From Raillietiella orientalis (taxonomy: Eukaryota), in assembly GCA_036172245.1 (NCBI GenBank), contig JAYWIR010000001.1:12028001-12092000 (forward strand): DNA of 64,000 nt, given 5' to 3'. Every line of letters starts with the position of its first letter. Position 1 is the stretch's first letter. Shown here piece after piece: positions 27,534 to 38,399 of this stretch. The notes below the pieces were generated by a model. It worked only from the letters and a program-made list of their open reading frames with translations, searched no databases and had not been told where the DNA came from. The position numbers and the translations under genes are program-made.

Positions 27534-28608
27534 TCAGTATAGGGCATTCTTCCAAGAGACCTTCATTCCCCTAAGATACGGGAAAAATTTCGATTCCCTC
27601 AAAATATTTGAGGAACGACATTCGTCTTTCATTTGGATTCCAGAGAGAAGAACGTTGATGGGGAATACTTTCCATCTGTCAACGGAAAGTTTGGTGTAGT
27701 CGGCGTCCCAATTGGCAAATCCTGTCACGTGGGGAGTGTTGAAAAATTTGTTGGAACCTTTGATATTTGGGATCCACAATAATTCCATTCTTGGTGGATT
27801 CGATGAATCCATATTGTACGGTTTCTTGATTATCTCTGGTGAAGTCGATAATGACTATTGGCTCGCCGTTTTAGATGTGTACGGCGTCCGCTTTTCTGTA
27901 GGAAGTCAAGTAGATGGCTTCCCGTTCGATGAAAAGGTGTTTGGCAGTTGTAATCTTGCTGCTGTTTCCATGTAGGTCTATGTACCAGTAAATGTTGCAT
28001 GGATGAGGTGGTTGGCGAAGAATGTCGAACAGTTGAAGTTGCCATTGTGGTAGTTGCAGTCCTAGAAGTGGATCTTTGACGCGTGATGTACGTTGGAAAC
28101 GGATGCATTCCCTTATGAAATTGTTTTTGGCGTAGAATTTAGTGTGGTTTTCCAAAATCGACTTTTCAGACTTGCATTCTTTTATCAAGTTCATTATCTG
28201 GAATGCGTTAGGTTAGGTTAGGTTAGGTAAGTATGGTTTATTTTTTTTTTGGTATACCTCGGATTCGTAGGAGTCTTGGTGGTCGTTTAGAGCCCCAAAG
28301 TCCAAGGTGCAGTGTCATCTTTGGTGCAGTACTGGATGTTGCTGGTAGCCCTGCCTTTGGCGTGTTCAAGATGCGCTTCTTGGAAGGGTGATGTTTTGAG
28401 TTGCTGTATTGTTCTTAGATGATGGAGTTGGAAGTACATCTGGATGTGTGGTGTTCCTTGTTCGCCCTTTTCCTTTGCTGCTACGGCAAAGTTTGCTTCT
28501 AATCGTAGCCATCGTTTTATTTGCTTGTATTCCTCTTCGCTGTAGTTAACTGTAGCACACCAGTTTTGTTTTTTGTAGGGAATTTTTAGTAGCACTTGTA
28601 GCAGTCAT
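27534..28608 (-). pseudogene. rep: Endogenous CRESS-DNA virus Rep (HUH endonuclease plus SF3 helicase), decayed and intron-split
   Basis: RCR motif I WCATVN, motif II TPHIQMY, motif III QYCTK (28287-28595). Helicase: IYWYIDLHGNSSKIT (degenerate Walker A), IVIIDF (Walker B), YGFIESTKNGIIVDPKY, PHVTGFAN (motif C) and LSVDRW (Arg finger). Several frameshifts and an in-frame stop at about 27871. Confidence 0.92.
28198..28257 (-). other. Putative spliceosomal intron inside the viral rep, containing (CCTAA)4
   Basis: Minus strand reads GAG|GTATACC-A10-TAAACCATACTTA-CCTAACCTAACCTAACCTAAC-GCATTCCAG|ATAATG. It is 60 nt, has an in-frame TAA if retained, and lies between the endonuclease and helicase domains. 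Confidence 0.7.
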
Positions 28609-28673
28609 AATACAGCTTGGTAAGACTGCTATCAATGTGGATGGAATGCTGGCAGTATATGTGCTCTGATACC

Positions 28674-28703
28674 CAGCGGCTGGTTAGTATTACTCAGCCG
28701 CTG
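28674..28703 (+). promoter_or_regulatory. CRESS-DNA virus rolling-circle origin: stem-loop with nonanucleotide TAGTATTAC
   Basis: CAGCGGCTG (28674-28682), then GT-TAGTATTAC-T, then CAGCCGCTG (28695-28703). This is a perfect 9-bp stem with the canonical circovirus/nanovirus nonamer at 28685-28693, about 65 bp upstream of rep. Confidence 0.92.
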
Positions 28704-30008
28704 TGTCAGCAGTGGATTGGCTGGTGAGTCAAGTAGTACCAGCTGGCCCTTATCGGATAACGGTAAGATGTAGTTGGTGTGGGAAAGGGTTGACCTGGAT
28801 TGTAATGGAAAGAGGGGTTTACTAATGGTTGGTGTTGGCAATTGTAATCAGTAGGTTCTCAACTAGGCTGAAGGCAGGAGGATATGTCGGTTGTCTCTCG
28901 GAAGCGTTTCATTATTCGTTGTTTGTTCCACCAGTTTTTGTAGACTGCTGTAAGCAAATTCTCTCTAAATAATTATTCTTTTTACAATTATAAATTCTAA
29001 CCACAACTACTAAGGTCCAAAGGCTCTGTAAGTTCAAGTGTAAGAGACCTGATTTTTTGTACTGAATTTAAAGTGGACCACCATCTTCTAATTGGATCAT
29101 TTTTCAATGCATTCAATAGAAGGGTTACGAAATATCAATTATTCATGTGTGTCTGCTGAACTAGGCAGCTTATTTAATGGAATTGGCAATTCAATGAAGA
29201 AACCTTGATTACTCATCAAATTACTAAAACTACTTTTTGTATCATGTAGCACTTTGCTGGGAGCTCCAAGTCACTGATGAAATATCAGCCACATGGTAGC
29301 ATTCTAACGTCAAACAATTTATTGAAATATAAGAGATGGTCATCAGCCAAATTATCGATAGATGATAAAAAAAACAAAAACAAATGAATGTTTCCTTCGT
29401 GTCTGCTGGCAACCCCAATTCTGTCTTCATTGTCAGCCGGTAGTCATTTGTCGTAGAAGAAATCTTCCCAACGACATCTGCAATTCATGATTCGTAGTTT
29501 TAAGACTCCAAATTGAATTTTCTAATGTGTGTGCGCGCGTTTTTTCAAAAAGCAAACTCTTTATTAAAATTGTTGAGAAAAGAATGCCCACATTTTATGG
29601 TTTTAGAATCAGTCGCTGAAAGTTTAATTAGCGTCCCTAGTTTTCCCTCAAGTTTATCCATGATGGCAGCAGATCACTCTTGAGAACTGCTTTCCTTTCG
29701 CTTGTAGCGCAGAACTTTCAACAGTGAAAGCTTTGCACTATAAGACCGTTTGCTATATGAAACCATAACTGAACTGATAGAAACTATTGATTCTCTGACT
29801 TCATTGTGCCAACAGCACACCTGGCTTGAAATCTCTACCCAGGCCAGTGTGCTGTTTGTCTTTATATAATGCAGAACATTTCACCACACACCGCGCATCT
29901 ATGCCTGTTTCGTGCCTGCATTCTCTTTCAGCGGAAGCGGTTTCTTTAAGGTCGAGACGGGAGAAGAGCTTTCCTTGCTTCCAATTCCACCGCCACAACT
30001 GCACTCTT

Positions 30009-33000
30009 TTCCCCAAGTTCCACAAGAGGTGGGATGAATTTATGTTCTTTGATCATTTACTCAAGGTATTCATGCATTTGTTTTCTCCAATTATTTCACT
30101 TATATCTCCTGGGATTATCACTGAGGTTCACTACACTTGGGGAACTGGGCGCCGTCTATGCCTAGACGTTGTCCTCAGTCCTTCTCAGGATATGTCGGTA
30201 GTTCCAGGCCTGTACTCTTCCACAGTTTCTTATGCCGATGTCCTTCTGGATAAGTCCTTTCAGGATTTCCATTGGAGATACGGCGGTCCTGGTGGTCTTC
30301 ATCTTCCACCACCGCACATGGATGGCGGTGATGAAGAGGGCGATGGTCATCCTTACCATGGGATTGTAACAAGGAACGTTCCCATTTCCTTGGAACATGC
30401 CTGCTAAAATCCCCATGGTCTATGTGGTGGGCAGCCCGTTTACCCTTTTGAGGGTGTGCCACTCTGCAGCAAGAGTGGCACACTCTTGTTGCATAGTGGG
30501 ACAAGTGAAGACGTGGAGTCTTGTATCCTTGTCTTCACATGCTTTACTGCCCTCATCTTCTCTTCTTCCCGTGAAACGCTTCATGGTTGTCCCGCATACG
30601 ATTCCTCCATAATAAAACATCAAGAGGTTATCCTGTGTATCCGGTGACAACTCACTCTTCCAGAGCGTCGTTCCGATCGCCAACAGGTTTATCCCGCACT
30701 CCCGTGGCGATCGGCGGCTACTTGGAGGGCACTGGTGTCTTTGTCCTCTTCGAGTATTAGTCAGCATAAGTTTCTCTTTGTCACCCTAGACCACACGAAG
30801 TTGTTGTGGTTTTTCTACACTTCGCGGGTCCTGTGGGTGAATCTTCCAGCTATCCTGTCGATGTATCGGAGTACTCGGGAGTGGTGAAGGTACTCTCCTC
30901 GTCTCCATGCTTCAGCTGCTTGCAAGGTAACCCCGGACCGCTGGTGGACCCAGTCCTCCGTATCCGGAGGAACCGGGAGCACCCACGGGATCACCAGGAT
31001 GGATTTCTCCTGTCAGAGTTCCTTGCTCCTTGGTATGATCTTCAGCAGGTGCTTGTGTACCAGCTGTTGCTTTCGTCTCCAGGTTGGCTCGATGGTCCCC
31101 CATTTACCCACTCGGCCGAGCAGCGCAGTCATCAGTCCTCTCGAGTTATTTATCAACAGCGAATAAGCCCTGTACGCTGCATACGGCCAGTCTTCCCAGT
31201 TTGCTGACATGCCCAGGAGTTGTCGCACGTCCATGTTGTCCACAGCGTGTGCAAGCGGCTTCATCCCGGTACCGCCTTCCTTCTTAGGACGACACAATGG
31301 TTTGAGGCGGACTCTCGGTCGATAGCCTCTCCAGAGGGTTTTCCTCTGTAGCTTTGCTACCTCTTTTCTCATGTCTTGATGCATTCTGCAGAAGGCTGTT
31401 CCGATGAGTATCTTTGGAAGGAGTACTCCGTTCCAAAGCTTGGCCCTCCGTTTCATGCTAAAGTCCAAACGGGTATACTTCTCTCCTTCTTGCCTGTTTT
31501 CCCAAGATTCCCTTCCACAATAGTTGAGACAATGAAGTGTCATCAATGGGACACCCAGGTACTTGGCACTGTCCACCGTTCGGAATCCTTCCTCCATGAG
31601 TATAGAGATCCAGGATCCCGAGGGCAAAAGTTGGCTTTTCTTGGCGTTGATTTTTAAACCCAATCATTCTTCCATAAGCTCCAGCACGTCCAGAAACGCA
31701 CGTTGATCTCTCTCCCCTTTCACGAAGAAGAGAAGATCATCCGCGTAAGCCAGATGGGTTAGCCGTTGATTATCGACAGTGATTCCTCGAAGGTGCGCAC
31801 TTCTCTCGGTGAATGATGAGAGGGTCTCCATGTATATGACAAACAGCATCGGACTGAGAGCGTCGCCTTGGCGGAGTCCTCGTTCCATGCGGATGGCTGC
31901 TGTCTTCCCTATTTATCTTGATCTGAAAGTGTTGCCCTTCAAGTATCATCTTCACAAAGTTGCAGAATTGTTACGGAAGACCCAGTCATACTAGAATCTT
32001 CAGCAGCATCCAATGGTTCACCGTATTGAAAGCTTTCTCCATGTCAGTAAAACCCAGTACCAAGTTCTTGCCGATATATCGGCTGAGTCCAGTGGTAGTT
32101 TAGACACACTTGACCGACATGTGGCGTCTGGGCACCGCACACGTCTGGACCGGAGAGATCAGCTTCAGCAAAGCCGCGCCTAAGAGGTTGGCCCAAATCT
32201 TCTCCAAGCACTTGGCATCCGCATTCAGAATGGAGATAGGCTTCCATTGGGTAACCTTGGTCAGGTCACCTCCTTTCGGCAACAATCTCATCCTGCTCTC
32301 GTAAAAGGATGCAGGTAGACGTCCTTCTTGTCGGATGCAGAGTCAGCTGGTGGAACAAATGCAAGTACCGTTGATAGTAAGAGATGGGAACACTATCAGG
32401 GCCAGCCGTTACATCCATGCGAAGTTCCACAAACGCAGCTTTCAATTCTTCGGATATTTCCTCTTCAAACATCTTCCGATGGTTTTCACACGTTCGTCTT
32501 TCCAGGTGTCGCAGAAAAATTCCTTGATTAGTCGGGCACAGATGTCTTCGTCGGAAGGCGTGCGCGATGTCTCTGGAAGGCGTGCGCGATGTTTTCCGAC
32601 GTGTGCCGACTGTGGCCATTATACTGGATGCAAAAGATGTCTGTTGCCAGATTCTTCTTCCCCAGCACGCCGACTTTCCCTTTTACATTTTGGAAGACGT
32701 ACCGACTCTCGTATTGTTCCGGGAAGACACCGAAAAGATCTCTGAAGCCTCGTGGATTTTTCCTCGGACTCTGCACTGACTTCAAGACCTTCTTGCCTGC
32801 TTTGCAAAACATCTGCCTGCCGCTGGGTTACCAGCCTGCTGGGTCGCCGGCTCGCCCATGCTGTTTGTCCAACACGAGTGGCGACGGATACGATCCAAGC
32901 CCGAGAGCGATTGCGCCGGTCTCCTCGGGCACTTGCTGGATTTCCTGGAGCGTGCTGCCGCCTTCTGGAAACAGGAAGAAGGGGTGGAGTGGGGCACTGC

Positions 33001-35943
33001 GGTGCGCTCCTATACGTGGAGAGCGCGGCAGAGTCTCCTACGGGTCCGTTCTGTAGAAGAATCCGTCCCTGCAACCACCTCCCCTGTGGAAACGCTGACG
33101 AGGCAAAATGACCCTCGACCGGAGGCCTCTTGGAGGAAGTTGCGTCTGTCCGCCGAGGCTGCTAGCGGGTCAGTTTTGCGAGTCTTTGTCCAGGGAAATG
33201 AGAGAAAGGGCGTGCGCGCGTGCTCGGCAACACACCTTTCAGGCAGGAGGGAAGGGAGACTGGCAAGGGAACCCCTTTCGACGTCCTCCCGTGTTCTTTC
33301 CCAGTTCAGTCGCCAGCAGCGTAGCGCGCATGGGTGCTTCTGTGCGGGAGTCTGTCTCATATTCTGAATCCGCGTCGTGCGCGCCTCCGTCTCCGGATTC
33401 GCGTTGGTCCCATCATTGGAAAGCTTGGGAGGACCTGGTCAGCTGTCGGCAAACAGTTCCTCCCTCCTTCGGAGGCTCAAATGCCTCGCAGGAGCGCCGG
33501 CACGCTTGTCACCAGAAGACAACAGCATCGGCATCCATGACAATGATTATGAACGAAGAGGAAGGGGTTTTTCGGGAAACTCGGTGGCACCTTCCGGGGT
33601 CTCCTGCCCCGCAAGAGCGCGCTGCTGCCTCTTACGGCACTCTTTTGACCCAGGGAATAGGGGAAAATGCACAACGACCAAATGCACTTCTCTACGAGGA
33701 GCATCCGGCCTCATTTGGTGGGGGAGCGCTTTTCCACTGGTGCTGGTCTGCCCAGCAAGATGAAGGTAGGAAGAGGCCATCCGATCGCTCTTCGACGCGA
33801 TTCCGTGAAGTTGACTCAGTCTGTCGGTTTCTCGTGTCTCGCTGCTGGGGAGGACGCCGCTCTCGGATTCAGCTCTGTAAGGGCTGCTCACGTGGTGGCA
33901 GGAGGGGCCTTTCTCTTCCTTCACCTTCCAAGCCTTCCCTCTAGCGTTCTGGACAGGGAGGAAGAGGAGGAGGGGAGTACCCGCTTTACGAGAGGCGCCT
34001 TCTATCCTAACCGCAAGGAGAGAGCAGGCCTCCGGAAGCAAGGCGACGATGAACGTGGGAGCGCAGGGCTGCTCGCCCGAGCAAGGCTCTCAAGGCAGAA
34101 TGGGAGAGAAAGGGGTCTCCAGGCGACTACGGTCCCCGTTCTCCCGGAATACAACCCGCCGGAACGGCAGGCGGGAACAGCGTTGCCAACTTTCCCAGCC
34201 GTAGTGCCGGGACTCGCCTCTTGTCGTCGCATGCGCAACATCAACGGGCTGCACGACGACAGCAAGAGAAGGGAAGTAGCCTGAAGGACTTGAGGGCTCA
34301 ACGTCGGGATGCTGGTTTGGGAATCCTGCCAATGGAGCGAATCGGGCTGCAAGTGCAGTTCCAAATGCACTGTGTGCCAAGCTGTTGGCATCCCTGCTGT
34401 GTGCGCCCTCCTGCGGAGATGCGCCGGCAGCGAAGGATCGCTCTCACTGGCTCTCACTGGTGCCAGGAACTCATACAGAATGCGGAGATTCGGCTTCTCC
34501 CTGAAGCAGAGGTTCCCAAACCACGGTCCGCGGGCAACTTATGGCCTGTCTGCTTTCAGAAAGTTGCTCGCGAAGCCTCAATATGTACTATAATATATTC
34601 TAATAATTACAAAAATTTATCGACGTTCATATAAATAAGTATTATTTCAACAAAAGTTGCAGTAATGCGTGATCTACAGTATTCTAAAGTTTAGCATACA
34701 AAATTCTGAATTATGTTATTTCTAAGAAGTTTGACATTTTGAAGTTTGACTCAGAGGGTCCCGTCGGCGTTCGATGATTCACTCTGTGTGTGGCTGTTGT
34801 GCTCGGATATGAATGTCGAATGTTCAGTTAGTGAATGAAACACTTGGAAATGTTTTTTTCCCAGCCTTCTCGACCAATCAGAGTGCGCGAAACTCCATAG
34901 TGCCATCTGTTACAACTGCTTCGTACTCTTCAGTTTTGTGTTGAAATCAGATTTTTCAAATGAAAATTTACCGTTAAAGCCGCTAAGCATGAGCGTTGAT
35001 AACCTAATGGTAAAAAGAAAAAAATTGAAATTTGACTTGTCACAGTACGAGGTTAAAGTGGAAAGTCTTCTGGATATCTTTCAGTCGAGATTTCAAGAGT
35101 TCACAACGGAGGAGGATAATGTTGCCCTCTTCATAAATCCATTCGTATTACCAGATGCCAAGATCTGCTAATTACAAGAAAACCTTCAGCGCGACGTAAT
35201 TGATTTGAAATGCAATTCTGAACTGAAATGCAAATTCCTGGAGCTGCCTTCTTCACCTTCCGCTGACCACATGATCTCATCCTGGCGTCTATTGCCTGTC
35301 GAACAATTTGAACACTTGCATTCATTCGCACAAAGATAGATTTGTCGTTTTGATTCGACTTATAGATGCGAGCAGTCGTTTTCCACAATGACAATTATAA
35401 AAAACAAGCAGTGTTCCAGACTCATTGACAGTAACCTTGCTGCGCTTATAACATTAGGAGCGACAGCTTTGTGTCCACACATTGATAAACTGGCATCTGA
35501 ACTTCAGTAACTTGTGGTGAAGAACAGTTACAACTGTAAATTAATTACATTTATAGCGATTTTTAAAACTGATTTAAAACTGTTAAATAAACATTTAATT
35601 TTAAACAGAACATGACTGTAGTGTAGGACTGACACTGACAGCTTTTGGAGTTTTAGAATTTGCTTGCTGAAAGTTAAGAATAATATTGCACAAGACTTTT
35701 ATAACTTTATAAACATTGATAATTTTATAACGTTGTGGCCCGATTAAGTACTGAAAATAGTAGATATGGCCCTCTACTTGAAAAGCTTGGGAACCACTGC
35801 CCTGAGGCAACTAGCCTCACTTCTGGAAGCCCACTCTGAATCTCCTGTCGCCCAATAAATTTTAACGCTTGGCGGCAGGAAGCTGTTGAGTCTTGGGTAA
35901 CGTTCCAAGGAATGCGCCCCGGAGATCTTCGCCCCTTGGTCAT
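30009..35943 (-). mobile_element. Decayed near-full-length L1/Tx1-like non-LTR retrotransposon (family 1), interrupted by a hAT element
   Basis: RT motifs LLPKGGDLTKVTQWKPISILNADAK, ERGLRQGDALSPMLF, LAYADD and GLKINAKKS...KYLGV. There is a C-terminal Cys/His region. Upstream ORF remnants resume beyond the hAT at 35800-35943. Many frameshifts. Confidence 0.85.
34507..35799 (+). mobile_element. hAT (Buster/Charlie-like) DNA transposon, internally deleted
   Basis: TIRs CAGAGGTTCCCAA (34507) and TTGGGAACCACTG (ending at 35799). 8-bp TSD CCCTGAAG / CCCTGAGG. hAT dimerisation-domain remnant FQSRFQEF...FINPF...STYRCEQSFSTM..IKNK..SRL at about 35080-35510. Confidence 0.88.
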
Positions 35944-35949
35944 CTACCG

Positions 35950-38345
35950 ATGGAAGAGGTGATGCAGGACGCGGTGAACCTTTCCACTCTGGACTCCCAT
36001 TCCCTTGCCGCAAAGCTGTCTGCTCTCAGGGCAAGAGACGACAGCAGCCTACTGGCGAGGTGGGAGTTTTCCTGCACCATGGCGGGAAGCACAAAACTCC
36101 TCGACGGCTGATAATGAGCGAGCTGACGGATGCTGCCACTCCTGGAGCTATGGCGAAGGGACTCCTTCGTTAGGGAGAACTTCTCAGTGTTGTCCCCGAG
36201 AAATTAGTGGTCCCTCCCCACTGTGTGGACTGTTCGCTGTTCTTCCTTCCTTGGAAACAGGTAGTACTGCTCTTCACTTACTGGGGATTCCAGTGTAACG
36301 AGTGGTGGCATCGTGTTTCCCGGGGGATAGCGTCCGCGAACTGTGCAAAATGCGGGGCGACGGAAACGATCCCGCAACTACTTCTGAACTGCGGTGTCCT
36401 CCGAGGACTCTGGCGGATGCTGGCAACAGCACTCTCGCATCAGGAGGATACCTCAAGTTCTGCGGAGGTTCTTCGCGCCGAACGGTGTCTCGACAGGTGC
36501 AATCATCGCAACCATGGGTTGCATCCGCGCCATCGTTTTGGTCCGATTGGTGCAGAAAATCACCGGACATCGAAAGGAGGTCATCAGAATGGCAGTTACC
36601 CAGATCGGGGCAGCTTTCAGGTGGCCTCACCTGATAGGAGAAGCAAAAGAGGGAATCATTGGCATCAGCCTCTGCTTTACGGACGGCTTGGAACGGCGAA
36701 CCCGATGATCCTTGTCCTCTCCCTCTATATCTTTTTTTTTTGTGCTTTCGTATTGCGCTTCCCATTCGTTCCGTAACTTTCTTGGTGCTGTTTCTTTTTT
36801 TTTTTTCATTTTGGTGAATATGGAGCGTCATCAAAGATCCTTGCCCCTTCCCTTCCATTTGGCCTACTTTTTTGTGTCGCCTCCTAGCCCCTACCCCATT
36901 CCGGACATTTCGTTTTCCCGGCTGCGTGCCAGTGGATTCTCTCTTTCTTCTTTTGTTGTCTTGGTTGGGAACTGTGTTCTTGACCGGTTTGAAATAAACG
37001 TCCCAGTGTGACGGATAACAGACTTCCGAGGTGAGAGTTTTCCTGCACTATCGCGGGAACTATAAAACTCTTGGGTGGCTGGAAGGAGCGGGAGTTGGCA
37101 GATGCTGGTACTTCACGGACACTGCTACGGGGATTCTTCGGTGGTGTGAACTGCTGAGTGTAGCTCCCGAAGTACTTGTGGTCCCTCCAAACTGTAAACA
37201 CATCAGTGTTTCCTCTTGGTTGGAAGCAGGACGTTCTGCTCTTTGTGCACTGGGGATTCCGTTACAACGAGCGGTGACATCAACTTTCCGGAAGGGTTGT
37301 TTCCCCTAACTGTGTAAGGTGCGGGTCGACGGAGTCGTTTCCGCAATTGCTTTTAGACTGCGGTGTACTTCAGGAACTGTGGCGGAGGCTGGCAGCAGCA
37401 CTCCTGCACCAGGAGGACAGCGCTCGAGATGTGTTGCGAAGGTTCTTTGCACCGAGACGACTCATGACTGGCGCGGTGATCTCAACCATGGGTTGCATTT
37501 GTACCATCGTCACAGTCCGAAATGTAGTGGAGACCACCAAGCAATGGAGGGATGTCACCACAATGGCAGCCGGCTACATCGTCCAGACTGCAAGATGGTA
37601 TCACTTGGACGAAGAAACGAAAGAGATCACCTGCATAGAGCGCCAGTTTACGAATGCTTAGGAACGGCCGAACCTGGTGACCCTGATACCTTGCCCTCCT
37701 TTATTTATTAATTTATTCATTTCTATTTCCTAGACCTGCTCGCACCACCAATTTCCCGGTTTTTTTTCTTCCGTTTGCATACTGGCGCCGATCTCAAGAT
37801 CCCTGCCACATCCCACCTAATCTCATTTATTTTTGTTGCCCCCTTGTTCCTCCCCCATTCCGGACCTCTCGCTTTCCCGGACTGCTTGCCTGTGGATCCT
37901 CTCCTTTGCTTTTTGTTGACTTGGAGGGGAACTTTGTTTTCGACTGGTTTATTTTAAATGATCGCCCGGGCGCGACCAGGTAAAAAAAACTTCTGAGTGT
38001 TGTCGTCGAAGAACTTCTGGTTCCTCTTCATTGTGTCGACGGCTTGTTGTTCCCCTTCGCCTGGAAGCAGGTCTTACTGCTCTTCATCCGCCGGGGATTT
38101 TAGTGAAAAGAGACAGCACCGAGTTCATGGAGGGATTGCGTTCCAGAACTGCGCGAGGTGCGGGTCGGTGCGAAGTCGATCCTGCCTCACCTGCTTTTGG
38201 GCTGTAGTGCCCTCCAAGTACTGTAGAGGAAGCTGGCAACAGCACTCCCACTGCACCAGCAGGACAACACAAGAGCGTACTGCAGGGGTTCTTTGTGCCG
38301 AGAGGCCTCTTGACGAGTGCGGTGATTTCTTTCTGTAAACACGGG
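35950..38345 (+). mobile_element. Head-to-tail run of three 5'-truncated L1/Tx1-like (family 2) 3' fragments
   Basis: A repeated ORF2 C-terminal zinc finger (CAKCGATETIPQLLLNC at about 36340; homologues at about 37310 and 38148). The first two copies are followed by pyrimidine-rich 3' UTRs ending at about 37020 and 37989. Confidence 0.75.
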
Positions 38346-38399
38346 GGCACTTTCAACTCTTTGGGTCGAATGGAGAGTTCGCCCTAACGTTCCAGTCCT

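Noticed and set aside
28208-28227. (TTAGG)4 as an interstitial telomere or chromosome-healing site
   Set aside because: Only four units, with rep sequence continuing collinearly on both sides. It is better explained as part of the rep intron.
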